Origin: Pseudomonadota bacterium
Lineage (GTDB): Bacteria > Pseudomonadota > Gammaproteobacteria > Burkholderiales > JALYOK01
Assembly: GCA_031406045.1 (NCBI GenBank)
Contig: JANOGO010000312.1
Coordinates: 1 to 47,651 of the forward strand
Length of the DNA stretch: 47,651 nt
Reading direction: 5' to 3'
Shown: in pieces, positions 8,889-18,004 of the stretch
How positions within the stretch are numbered: position 1 is the first letter of the stretch
Layout of the letters: each line of letters opens with the position of its first letter
The notes under the pieces: model-generated
The model's database searches: none
What the model was told of the DNA's origin: nothing
What the model saw: the letters and a program-made list of their open reading frames with translations, nothing else
Made by a program: the position numbers and the translations under genes

Positions 8889-8927
8889 GTGCGCTCGCGG
8901 GTTTCGGATCGGGAAATGTAACGCTAA

Positions 8928-9197
8928 TTACGCCTGACCCTTGCGACGCAGCACAAAGTCAGCCATGGACGATAGCGTGCCCAGATTATCAATCGTGATT
9001 TCTTCTTGTGCGAGGCGGATCTGGAAATGATCTTCGTACCAAGCAATCAGCTCAAGCAGCCCGGCCGAATCGATCAGGCCGGTCGCCGGAATGATGTCTT
9101 CCGTTTGCAACTCGCTGGCATCGTCGCCCATGCGATCGGCGATTTCGACAACTTTATTTTTGATCGCAAGTTCAATTTCTTGCTTATTCAGGCTCAT
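8928..9197 (-). CDS. Acyl carrier protein (phosphopantetheine-binding)
   Basis: 89 aa, acidic. 'TGLIDSAGLLELIAWYEDHF' is a Ser attachment motif at the start of helix 2. 15 nt downstream of the E2 gene. Confidence 0.7.
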   Translation of the reverse strand: MSLNKQEIELAIKNKVVEIADRMGDDASELQTEDIIPATGLIDSAGLLELIAWYEDHFQIRLAQEEITIDNLGTLSSMADFVLRRKGQA

Positions 9198-9212
9198 CTC
9201 GATGGGTTCCGG

Positions 9213-10310
9213 TTAAACAGGATTACTGGGTTTAGAAAGTTTACGAAGCGCGGTAACAACATGAAAGCCATTCAACACGCGATGATCGTAGCTCGCGCCG
9301 AGCACCGAACGGCCATCCAGCGAAACCGCGTGAGCGATCATAATCGCGGTGCGCGGCGGCAGAATCGGAATATGGCGGCTCACCTTCCAACGCGCCATGC
9401 TGGAGAACGAAATCGTCGTTCCTTGAATTTCTTTCGGGCCGAGCTTATGGGTCGCGGCGCGGCGCTGCAAGTCGCCCATCGCGTTGACGAATCCGATTTC
9501 ATCCAGAGCCTGCGAATCGCGCGCAACGGTGAGATAAAGTGTATCGCCCGCTTGCACCGTGAATCCAAAATTCACGGACGAATATTCGTAACGCTGATTG
9601 CCAACAATGGTGGAATTCAGTTGCGGCGTTTCTTTCGCCAACTCCACCAGACGCCAACACATTAACGACAGCAGCGGGCTGAGCAATAATTTGTGGCGCT
9701 CACCGAAGGCTTTCGCATAGGCTTCCCATGGCGCGGGGTCGTATTCGAGTTCGATATAACCCGCCACAGCAACATCGCGATGCCAGGTCACCGTCGCAAT
9801 CATTCCGCGCTCTTCGCTGCGCAGATCGCGTAGCGCGCCGGCAATATCAGGCACAGCTTCCACCACGCGACTCGGCACCGGCGCCACAGCCGCTTTGCCG
9901 CGATTAGTCAGAAATTGTTCAATGTCCTCAACCGTTAACCGATCACCACTTGCAGGAACATCGTTCGCGTCCAAGCCGTGTTCGCGCAACAATTGGCGCG
10001 CCTTGGCGGTCGGTTGGCCGGTTGCGGCACTGCGCTGCGTCGATGCCGCAGCAATGGGCATCGCTTCGTCAGCACGCTCACCCATCCACAACAACACGCT
10101 GCCAACGGCGATCACGTCATCAACGTTGGCTAGAACGCCAAGCACAAAACCATCAGACGGCGCTTCGACTTCGACGACCGCCTTATCGGTTTCAACTTCG
10201 GCAACGAGTTGTCCACGAGCAATTTTTTCGCCGGCGGCAACGCGCAACGACACGAGCTTCACTTCGTCGTCATTATTGTTTACGCGCGGGACATGAATGG
10301 GGATGGCCAT
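9213..10310 (-). CDS. Lipoyl-domain 2-oxoacid dehydrogenase E2-like acyltransferase
   Basis: 365 aa. Lipoyl domain 'LVAEVETDKAVVEVEAPSDG'. E3/E1-binding-like segment 'AKARQLLREHGLDANDVPASGDRLTVEDIEQFL'. Compact catalytic domain ending in 'SYDHRVLNG' (DHRxxDG-type His motif). Confidence 0.8.
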   Translation of the reverse strand: MAIPIHVPRVNNNDDEVKLVSLRVAAGEKIARGQLVAEVETDKAVVEVEAPSDGFVLGVLANVDDVIAVGSVLLWMGERADEAMPIAAASTQRSAATGQPTAKARQLLREHGLDANDVPASGDRLTVEDIEQFLTNRGKAAVAPVPSRVVEAVPDIAGALRDLRSEERGMIATVTWHRDVAVAGYIELEYDPAPWEAYAKAFGERHKLLLSPLLSLMCWRLVELAKETPQLNSTIVGNQRYEYSSVNFGFTVQAGDTLYLTVARDSQALDEIGFVNAMGDLQRRAATHKLGPKEIQGTTISFSSMARWKVSRHIPILPPRTAIMIAHAVSLDGRSVLGASYDHRVLNGFHVVTALRKLSKPSNPV

Positions 10311-10330
10311 GGTGCTATTTCCTCAATTCG

Positions 10331-12319
10331 TCAGAGCATGTCCAGCACATGGCTGACAATGGTTTGTTCGTCCGGCAACTGATCACGCTCGAGGCTTCGC
10401 GCCGATGCAATCGGCGCCGGCGGCGTCCCGATGCGAATAATTTTGCCGCGATAACCTGCCTCCGCGAGGCTGGCGAGAATTTCTGCGCTGACGCCGAATT
10501 GGTGATGGGATTCCTCGACGACCGCGATATGCGAGCGTTGCAACAAGGCCGAGATCAAGGTCTGGCGCGGTAAAGGAGCCAACATCGCAAGCGCAATGAT
10601 TTCCACTTCAAGTTCTTCTTCGTCGCTCAAGCGCTTTGCCGCTCGCTCGACCACCGGCAACATGCCGCCAAAACTCACGAGCGTCACATCCGGCGCGTTG
10701 CTGCCGCGACGCAACGTCGGGAAAAGCTCAGCGCCTAAATCAGATGCGTTGGGCGGAATCACAGCGTAGTCGGCCGGATCCTGCGCCTCGCCGTAAAGCA
10801 ATTTGTGCTCTAGGAATATTGTCGGATTTGGCCAGCGGCGTGCGGTGTCGGCCAGCAATTGCCCGACATTATGGCGATGGCTGCCGTAAATCACCGTGAG
10901 CCCCGGCACCGATACGAACAGATTTTCGGGACTTTGGCTATGGGTCGGGCCGTAGCCACGACGCCCGCCGCAAGGGGTGCGAACCACCAGCGGCACGTCC
11001 ACTTCCGGGAACATGCCGGGAAATTTTACCGCGTGGTTGTAAATTTGGTCCATGCACAGTGACAAGAAATCGGCGAACATGATTTCGACGATCGGGCGCT
11101 TACCCGCCAACGCGAGGCCGATGCCACTGCCGGTAATGCCCGCTTCGCTGATCGGCGTGGAAATTACGCGTCCGGGGAATTCCGACGATAATCCCGCTGT
11201 TACTTTAAACGCCCCACCGTAAGGCTCGTGCAAATCTTCACCGAGGACGACGACGTTTTCGTCTTTGCTGAGCAAATCGCGCAGCGCCGCATTGATTGCG
11301 CCGCGAACGTTAGCGGCTTTTGCCGGTTGAACACCGGCGTTAGAAACTTGAACAGCGCGCAAGGAATGTTGCGGCACACTGGCAAATCTCGCCTCCGGCG
11401 AAGCCAACGCTTCGGCCTCAATGTCGCGCAGAAACGCGGCGTTTCGCGTCTCAATTGCTTCACGTTCACCAGACGGTAAACGCCGGCCAATGGCCAAAAG
11501 CGGATCGCGATCGGCAATGGCCTTGCGCTCGGCTTCGTCGCGTAAATCATCACCTTTGCTGTGGGGGCCGAGACGTTTGGTATCGATTACGAGCATGCCG
11601 GGGCGCCCGGCATTGCGCAATTCTTCAACGACGTTCGCGACCGATTGCGCAAAATCTTTCGCGCTATCGTCGAGCCGCCAAGTCCGCAAACCAAACGCTT
11701 GGCCGCGCCCTTCAATGGTACCGCCGATGGTGTCGTGGGTGTAGGTGGTTTGCGCGATACCGTTGTTTTCCACGACGAACAAAACCGGCGCTTTCCAAAT
11801 AGAGGCGAGATTCATGCTCTCGTATAACAGGCCTTCACCTAATGTACCGTCGCCGATCATCGTCGCGACAATCGCGCGGCTCTTCGACATTTTTCGCGCC
11901 AGCGCCAGGCCGGTGCCAATGCCGGTCATACCGGCTTGCACCCCATTGCTGTGAAAATGGCGAAACGCCATATGTTGGCTGCCGCCGTAACCGCTGCACA
12001 CGCCAGCTTCGCGGCCCATAATCTCGGCGACCAACCCGGTGAAATGTCCGGAATAGGTCATAAAGTGGCCGTGATTGCGGTGATTCGACAGTACGACGTC
12101 ATCGGGATCGTTTAAGGCTCGAACCACCGACATCTGGCACAATTCTTGGCCCAAGCAAGTGTGCGTCGTGCCGGACAACAAACCACGACTAAACAAATCG
12201 AGGATCAATTCCTCGGTGCGGCGAATCAAATGACCGTAGGCGTACAGGCTGGCGTCGTCCAGACCGATGAGCGGCTTGCCGAATGCATCGCGCTGAAAGC
12301 CTGGTATGTCTCTTATCAT
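10331..12319 (-). CDS. Thiamine-diphosphate-dependent dehydrogenase E1, fused alpha/beta subunits
   Basis: 662 aa in one polypeptide. The N-terminal half carries the TPP motif 'IGDGTLGEGLLYESMNLASIWKAPVLFVVENNG'. The C-terminal half is transketolase-like ('VVVLGEDL..PYGGAFKVT', 'TPISEAGITG'). Confidence 0.85.
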   Translation of the reverse strand: MIRDIPGFQRDAFGKPLIGLDDASLYAYGHLIRRTEELILDLFSRGLLSGTTHTCLGQELCQMSVVRALNDPDDVVLSNHRNHGHFMTYSGHFTGLVAEIMGREAGVCSGYGGSQHMAFRHFHSNGVQAGMTGIGTGLALARKMSKSRAIVATMIGDGTLGEGLLYESMNLASIWKAPVLFVVENNGIAQTTYTHDTIGGTIEGRGQAFGLRTWRLDDSAKDFAQSVANVVEELRNAGRPGMLVIDTKRLGPHSKGDDLRDEAERKAIADRDPLLAIGRRLPSGEREAIETRNAAFLRDIEAEALASPEARFASVPQHSLRAVQVSNAGVQPAKAANVRGAINAALRDLLSKDENVVVLGEDLHEPYGGAFKVTAGLSSEFPGRVISTPISEAGITGSGIGLALAGKRPIVEIMFADFLSLCMDQIYNHAVKFPGMFPEVDVPLVVRTPCGGRRGYGPTHSQSPENLFVSVPGLTVIYGSHRHNVGQLLADTARRWPNPTIFLEHKLLYGEAQDPADYAVIPPNASDLGAELFPTLRRGSNAPDVTLVSFGGMLPVVERAAKRLSDEEELEVEIIALAMLAPLPRQTLISALLQRSHIAVVEESHHQFGVSAEILASLAEAGYRGKIIRIGTPPAPIASARSLERDQLPDEQTIVSHVLDML

Positions 12320-12452
12320 TGAGTCGTCGCTTGGCTAAACGCCGACCGGGTTACGGGCAGCGGGTGTAACAAATTGATATTATGGAATTTTTGATCTTGG
12401 CCGGGTCGAAAAACAAACGCCGACTGTGGCCGTATTGCCGGTACGCTACCGG

Positions 12453-12704
12453 CTAACTATCTAACTTGCTCTTGACGAAGCCAACTAAGCTGCCCAGTGT
12501 CGCGAAAGTATCAGCGCTGATCTCATCGTCCTCAACGCTGATACCGAATCGATCTTCCATCGCGGTAATAACATTGACCACCGCCATGGAATCCAACTCG
12601 GGAATGCTGCCGAGCAACGGTGTCGATTCGTTCAATTGCGATTTGCGCGCGCCCAAGCTCAGCACATCGGCGAGCATGGTCTTGATGTCTTCTGCAACGT
12701 TCAT
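12453..12704 (-). CDS. Acyl carrier protein (second copy in the locus)
   Basis: Start trimmed to the internal ATG 12704 (MNVAEDIKTML...), giving ~83 aa. 'IPELDSMAVVNVITAMEDRFG' is a canonical DSx attachment motif. First gene of the minus-strand locus. Confidence 0.75.
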   Translation of the reverse strand: MNVAEDIKTMLADVLSLGARKSQLNESTPLLGSIPELDSMAVVNVITAMEDRFGISVEDDEISADTFATLGSLVGFVKSKLDS

Positions 12705-12859
12705 GGTTAAGTTATTGATTACGAATATGAGGTTTATAGCATATCTTTTTCCGAGCGTTCGCGTTTTGGGTTGGAAAATGCGCTGTCGCACTCTAGAATT
12801 CGTAAAACCAATGAGTTAGTCGGCCCGCACGGGCAAACGCCTAAAACGAATAAATCCCC

Positions 12860-14839
12860 ATGTCCAGCGCTGCACCCGAACTGAATTACCGGCCCGATAT
12901 CGACGGGCTGCGCGCCATTGCCGTGCTGTCGGTCATTTTGTTTCATATTAACAAGGCCTTGATTCCCGGCGGTTTTGTCGGCGTCGATATATTTTTTGTG
13001 ATATCGGGCTTTCTGATCTCGCTCAATATTCTCAAAGATTTGGAACTCGGGCGCTTCTCGCTCGCCGACTTTTACCGCCGCCGCATCAAGCGCATCGCCC
13101 CGCCGATGCTGATTGTGGTTGGATTAACGCTTATCGCGGCGCAATTTGTATTGCTACCGGAAGACGCCGAAAAAACCGCGCAATCGGGGCTTTGGTCGCT
13201 GCTATCCCTGGCAAACGTCTATTTTTGGCTGTATCAGGACACCAGCTACTTTGCCGCCGCGAGTAGCGAAATCCCGCTGCTTCACCTTTGGTCGCTCGGC
13301 ATCGAGGAGCAGTTTTACATTTTCTGGCCACTGATTCTGATGGCGTTGTATCGTCCATCTCGGTCGAAACTATTTTTCGGCATCGCCGCGCTCATCGGCT
13401 TGGGGTCATTTGTACTGGGCGAAATCCTATTCGAGCGCGCGCCTTCCTTTGTTTATTACATGTTGCCGACGCGCGCCGGCGAATTGTTAATCGGTGGCTT
13501 GGTCGCGTTTTTTGTTCTGCGCAATGTCGGCGCCAAGGTTCCGGGAAAACTCGTCACGCCGATGGCCGTTGTCGGCATCCTGCTGCTAGTACTTTCCTTT
13601 TTCACGCTCTCCGAAGGGCAAGTGTTTCCCGGCTTGCGCGCGATTCCACCGACGCTCGGCGCCGCTCTGTTGATTTTTGCCGGACATTGCAATAACAACA
13701 TCGTCTCGCGCCTGCTCGCGCTGCGGCCGATGGTTTGGATCGGGCTGATTTCCTATTCTGCGTATTTGTGGCATTGGCCGCTGCTGGCATTTTATCGCTA
13801 TGGGCATCGCGAAGTTGGGCCGCTCGCGGGCATTGTTATTTTTGTGCTGACGCTGTTTTTTGCCTGGCTGACCTATCGATTCGTCGAAGGCCCGTCACGC
13901 CGCTCGAACGCGTCGACTCTGCAAATATTTTTACGGCAATTCGTAGTTCCGGCCGGCGCGCTGGCGATTTTCTCGCTCGCCGCGATGAAACTGGATGGCT
14001 ATGGTCTACGCTGGTTTTCGCCGGACTATAAGAAGCAAGCGACGGCGCTGCGGCAAGAAACGCTGCCAGCCTATTCTTATAAATATGTTTGCCAGCGGCA
14101 AAAACTCACTGTAGCCGACGCCAACGATCCCAATTGCATTGTCGGTGCCGACTCGAACGCCGCGCCAGTAGCCATTATATGGGGCGATTCGAATGCGGCG
14201 CATTACATCGGCATGGTCGGCGCCTTCGCGAAAAAAGACGGTTTTCGCGTTCGTAACATCGCCGTCGGCGCGTGCCCGCCGCTGTTTGGCGATCCCAAGG
14301 CGTTCGTCGCCGCGACGCGGCTTACCGATTGTCGCGACTCCGCGGCAACGGTAAAGCAAGCAATCGGCCCGTTCAAAACGATCGTGATTTCCGCCGACTG
14401 GCTGATGTATCAAGGACGTTCCGCGCAATTTCTCGATGCATTTTTTGAGACCGTTAGCTCGCTTGAAAAAGACGGCAAGCACATTATTCTAATCGGCAAA
14501 GCCCCGGTTTTTCCGAACTATGATCGGCGCTGTGAAGAAAAAGCGCTGAGCTATCCAGGGCTGGATTGTCCGCCATTCACCGCCGCGCTCGGCACTGATG
14601 TGGCGCAGGTGAACGACCAGCTCAAGGCCTTCGCGGCGCGCAGCGCCAACGTCAAATTCTTCGATACTGCACATTACCTTTGTCCAAAGAACGCCTGCTC
14701 CGCGTTCGATTCGAACGGGCGGCCGGGCTACTATGATGCGAGCCATCTTTCCATGCCGGCCTCGTGGAAGTTGGGTGAGGATATTCTGCAATTTGGCGGC
14801 GTGCCAGCGCCCTTTAATTCAATCGCATCCGCCCAGTAA
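12860..14839 (+). CDS. Acyltransferase-3 family O-acyltransferase with C-terminal SGNH domain (OafA/YrhL-like)
   Basis: 659 aa. The N-terminus has ~10 TM segments with 'DGLRAIAVLSVILFH' and 'HLWSLGIEEQFYIFWP'. The C-terminal soluble domain carries 'IIWGDSNAAHY'. Divergent from the ACP/E1/E2 locus. Confidence 0.85.
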   Translation: MSSAAPELNYRPDIDGLRAIAVLSVILFHINKALIPGGFVGVDIFFVISGFLISLNILKDLELGRFSLADFYRRRIKRIAPPMLIVVGLTLIAAQFVLLPEDAEKTAQSGLWSLLSLANVYFWLYQDTSYFAAASSEIPLLHLWSLGIEEQFYIFWPLILMALYRPSRSKLFFGIAALIGLGSFVLGEILFERAPSFVYYMLPTRAGELLIGGLVAFFVLRNVGAKVPGKLVTPMAVVGILLLVLSFFTLSEGQVFPGLRAIPPTLGAALLIFAGHCNNNIVSRLLALRPMVWIGLISYSAYLWHWPLLAFYRYGHREVGPLAGIVIFVLTLFFAWLTYRFVEGPSRRSNASTLQIFLRQFVVPAGALAIFSLAAMKLDGYGLRWFSPDYKKQATALRQETLPAYSYKYVCQRQKLTVADANDPNCIVGADSNAAPVAIIWGDSNAAHYIGMVGAFAKKDGFRVRNIAVGACPPLFGDPKAFVAATRLTDCRDSAATVKQAIGPFKTIVISADWLMYQGRSAQFLDAFFETVSSLEKDGKHIILIGKAPVFPNYDRRCEEKALSYPGLDCPPFTAALGTDVAQVNDQLKAFAARSANVKFFDTAHYLCPKNACSAFDSNGRPGYYDASHLSMPASWKLGEDILQFGGVPAPFNSIASAQ

Positions 14840-15008
14840 TCGCCCTGGGAGGCAGTAGCGATGCGGCTCTTCAGGCATGCCTTGCCGGGAGGCAAATGGG
14901 ACGCACCTCCTGGCAAGGCGTTAATTCAGAGGTTCCATACTCAAAGCTTTGATATACTTATCTCCTTTGGCGGCAATCAATCGATTGGCCGCCGATTTGC
15001 TTTTGGGG

Positions 15009-16184
15009 ATGACGATGTCGTATGTGATGAATACCTATGCGCGCCAGCCGATTGGTTTTGTCAAAGGCGAAGGCTCGTGGCTGATTGACGATCAAGGCAA
15101 ACGCTATTTGGATGCCGTGTCCGGCGTCGCCGTGACGAGCGTCGGCCATGCTCATCCGAAGGTCGTCGCGGCGATTTGTGAGCAGGCGAAAAGTATCATT
15201 CATACGTCGAATCTCTATCAAATTTTCCGCCAGGAAGAATTAGCCGAACGCATCGCCAAACTTTCCGGTATGGACGAAGTATTCTTCTGCAATTCCGGCG
15301 CGGAGGCCAATGAAGCTGCGATCAAAGTCGCGCGGCTTTACGGCCACAAAAACGGCGTAGAAAATCCACATATTATCGTGATGGAAAAAGCCTGGCACGG
15401 CCGTACCTTGGCCACGCTTGCCGCGACCGGTAGCCGCAAAGCGCAAGCGGGTTTCGAGCCGCTGATGGATGGCTTCGTGCGGGTTCCTTATAACGACGCG
15501 ATCGCCGTGCAACAAATCGCGAAAAACCAAACGAATATCGTCGCCGTGTTGGTGGAAGTGGTGCAAGGCGAAGCGGGTGTGAACATGGCGGATCTGGAAT
15601 ATATCCGCACGCTGCGCACCATTTGCGATAAACAAGAATGGTTGTTCATGATCGACGAAGTGCAATGCGGCATCGGCCGCACCGGCAAATGGTTCGGCTT
15701 TCAACATGCCGATGTGATGCCCGACGTGATTACGTTGGCAAAAGGTTTGGGCTCCGGCGTGCCGATCGGCGCGTGCGTCGCGGCGGGTAAGGCCACAGGC
15801 GTATTCGGTCCCGGCAATCACGGCTCAACATTCGGCGGCGGGCCGTTGGTTTGCGCCGCATCGCTGGCGACGTTGCAGGCGATTGAAGAAGAAGGCTTGC
15901 TGGAAAAATCGACGCAAACCGGCGAATGGATTCGCGCCCAATTGCGCGAGCGGCTCGCGGGTGTCGTGGGCGTAACAGAAATTCGCGGGCGCGGCATGAT
16001 GATGGGTATCGAGCTGGATCGTCCGTGCACGGACATCGTTCGGCGCGCGCGCGAGCAAGGTTTGTTGGTGAACGTCACCGCCGATAAAGTCGTGCGACTG
16101 TTGCCGCCATTGAATTTTTCCCAGGCAGAGGCTGAGCAACTGGTCAGCACGCTCGCGCCGATCATCAAGGATTTTCTTGCGTGA
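15009..16184 (+). CDS. argD: Acetylornithine aminotransferase (class III PLP aminotransferase)
   Basis: 'NTYARQPIGFVKGEGSWLIDDQGKRYLD', 'FFCNSGAEANEAAIK', 'DEVQCGIGRTGK' and 'TLAKGLGSGVPIG' (PLP Lys). Start placed at ATG 15009, but 15015 or 15027 are equally possible. The stop overlaps the argF GTG start. Confidence 0.9.
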   Translation: MTMSYVMNTYARQPIGFVKGEGSWLIDDQGKRYLDAVSGVAVTSVGHAHPKVVAAICEQAKSIIHTSNLYQIFRQEELAERIAKLSGMDEVFFCNSGAEANEAAIKVARLYGHKNGVENPHIIVMEKAWHGRTLATLAATGSRKAQAGFEPLMDGFVRVPYNDAIAVQQIAKNQTNIVAVLVEVVQGEAGVNMADLEYIRTLRTICDKQEWLFMIDEVQCGIGRTGKWFGFQHADVMPDVITLAKGLGSGVPIGACVAAGKATGVFGPGNHGSTFGGGPLVCAASLATLQAIEEEGLLEKSTQTGEWIRAQLRERLAGVVGVTEIRGRGMMMGIELDRPCTDIVRRAREQGLLVNVTADKVVRLLPPLNFSQAEAEQLVSTLAPIIKDFLA

Positions 16185-17104
16185 CGTTGCGGCATTTTTT
16201 GCAGCTTAAGGATTTAAATCGCGAAGAGATCGAGCATCTGTTCGCGCGCTCGACTTGGATCAAGCGCCAGTTTAAAGAATATAAGCCCTATCATCCGCTA
16301 ACCGATCGCACGCTGGCGATGGTGTTCGAGAAAAGCTCGACGCGAACCCGAGTGTCGTTCGAAGCGGGCATGTATCAAATGGGCGGCTCGGTGATTACGC
16401 TAAATCGCCAAGATTCGCAGCTTGGCCGCGGCGAGCCGATCGAAGATGTGGCGCGCGTGATATCGCGCATGGTCGATATCGTTATGATCCGCACCTTCGA
16501 GCAGAGCATTATCGAACGCTTCGCCGAATATTCGCGCGTGCCGGTGATCAACGGCCTTACTAACGAATATCATCCGTGCCAAATTCTCGCCGATATTTTT
16601 ACCTTCATCGAGCATCGCGGCTCGATCAAAGGCAAGACCGTCGCGTGGATCGGCGATTCGAATAACATGTGCAACACCTGGCTGCAAGCGGCGGCGATGT
16701 TGGACTTCAACGTGAACGTCGCCACGCCAAAGGGCTACGAAATTAAACCGGCAGAAGCGGGCCTATTCAACGCCGATCACTACCGTGAATTTACCGATCC
16801 GAATGAAGCGGCCGAGGGCGCACATCTGGTAACGACCGATGTGTGGACCAGCATGGGCTTCGAAGCCGAGACCGAAGAGCGCAAAAAAGATTTCGCCGAT
16901 TTTTGTGTCGACCAAGACATGATGGCGCACGCCGCGCCAGACGCGTTGTTCATGCATTGCCTGCCGGCCCATCGCGGTGAAGAAGTTTCTGCCGATGTGC
17001 TTGAGGGAAAACAGAGCGTGGTCTGGGATGAGGCTGAGAATAGAATGCACGTGCAGAAAGCGTTAATGGAATATTTGTTGTTGGGGAAAGTAACGGCGAA
17101 CTGA
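16181..17104 (+). CDS. argF: Ornithine carbamoyltransferase
   Basis: 307 aa. 'STRTRVSFE', 'HPCQILAD' and 'HCLPAHRGEE'. GTG start in a GTGA overlap with the argD stop. Confidence 0.93.
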   Translation: MTLRHFLQLKDLNREEIEHLFARSTWIKRQFKEYKPYHPLTDRTLAMVFEKSSTRTRVSFEAGMYQMGGSVITLNRQDSQLGRGEPIEDVARVISRMVDIVMIRTFEQSIIERFAEYSRVPVINGLTNEYHPCQILADIFTFIEHRGSIKGKTVAWIGDSNNMCNTWLQAAAMLDFNVNVATPKGYEIKPAEAGLFNADHYREFTDPNEAAEGAHLVTTDVWTSMGFEAETEERKKDFADFCVDQDMMAHAAPDALFMHCLPAHRGEEVSADVLEGKQSVVWDEAENRMHVQKALMEYLLLGKVTAN

Positions 17105-17154
17105 ATTTATTGGTGTGATGACTGTCTAGCCTATTGCTGCAAAATTAATGCAAC

Positions 17155-17275
17155 TTCCCTCCCCTTCAAGGGGAGGGTGAGGGTGGGGATGGGGCAGTAT
17201 TAGCGCATGCAATAAACCCATCCCCATGGCCCGAGGCCATCCCGTCCCAGCCTTCCCCTTGAAGGGGAAGGGATT
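17155..17275. repeat. GGGTGAGGG-type REP element, copy b (double hairpin)
   Basis: 'ccctccccttcaaggggaggg tgagggtggggatgggg ... cccatcccc ... ccttccccttgaaggggaagg'. Two perfect hairpins in inverted arrangement, in the spacer after argF. Confidence 0.65.
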
Positions 17276-17365
17276 TTCAGCAGTATTAAAAGAACCAAAT
17301 CGCATCGCTCGTCGCATAACCGCATACAATCGCAACAAATCGTTCGATTGAAACAAGGAGAACCT

Positions 17366-17863
17366 ATGAAATTCCTGTCTATTTTTTCAGCCTCATTAAT
17401 CGCCGTGATTCTGAGTTTGATCGCATTTCCCGTTTTCGCCGAAGACGGTGAATGGATTAAAGACCAAAAAGATTGCAAACATTTCAATCCGCACCCGCAG
17501 CCGGAGGAAAAATTAAACTGGTCCGGCGAATGTAAAGACGGCTACGCCGAAGGCAAAGGCCAAATAAAATGGGATGTGAAAGGCAAGCTTGCAGAAGAAT
17601 ACGACGGCGATTACGTTCGCGGCCGCCCACACGGAAAAGGCTCGATGAAATCTCACGAAAACGGCCAGGTCTACACCGGTGATTGGGTCGACGGCGTCCC
17701 AACGGGCGACGGCAAATTGGTGATGCCGGACGGCACAACGTATGTCGGCCAATTTTTGAATTGGCGTTTTGAAGGCATCGGCGAGCTGACCAGTCCGGAC
17801 GGGCGCACGGTTTATGGCGAATGGGTCAACGGCGAACTCGTTACCAAGCTCGAAAGAAACTAA
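17366..17863 (+). CDS. Secreted MORN-repeat protein
   Basis: Start at ATG 17366 behind RBS 'aaggag'. Signal peptide 'MKFLSIFSASLIAVILSLIAFPVFA'. Repeated 'Y.G....G...G.G' units ('YDGDYVRGRPHGKGSM', 'YTGDWVDGVPTGDGKL', 'YVGQFLNWRFEGIGEL', 'YGEWVNGEL'). Confidence 0.7.
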   Translation: MKFLSIFSASLIAVILSLIAFPVFAEDGEWIKDQKDCKHFNPHPQPEEKLNWSGECKDGYAEGKGQIKWDVKGKLAEEYDGDYVRGRPHGKGSMKSHENGQVYTGDWVDGVPTGDGKLVMPDGTTYVGQFLNWRFEGIGELTSPDGRTVYGEWVNGELVTKLERN

Positions 17864-17905
17864 AGGTGTTACTTTTGCCACGTTCGATAAAGCTAACGCA
17901 AGTTT

Positions 17906-18004
17906 ATCCCCTCCCTTGCGCAGCGGGGGAGGGCTAGGGTGGGGGCAATGTTTAGATTTCGCTTGCCCCCATCCCAACCTTCCCCCGCTTCGCAGGGAAA
18001 GGAG
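17906..18004. repeat. GGGTGAGGG-type REP element, copy c
   Basis: 'cccctcccttgcgcagcgggggaggg ctagggtggggg ... cccccatcccaac cttcccccgcttcgcagggaaagg'. Same architecture as copy b, in the spacer before argG. Confidence 0.6.

Noticed and set aside
14971-14995. The palindrome 'ggcggcaatcaatcgattggccgcc' just upstream of argD as an ArgR operator (ARG box).
   Set aside because: It does not resemble the AT-rich TNTGAAT-N4-ATTCANA consensus. It is more likely a small hairpin or repeat remnant.
15240-15821. 193-aa minus-strand ORF, plus 15818-16195 and 15825-16139.
   Set aside because: Antisense to argD, whose identity is certain.
17126-17356. 76-aa and 95-aa minus-strand ORFs, plus the 154-aa ORF at 17513-17977 and the 73-aa ORF at 17814-18035.
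   Set aside because: Their 'HPHPHPPLEGEG' and 'PSPPPLRKGG' segments are translations of REP hairpins. The rest is antisense to the MORN gene.
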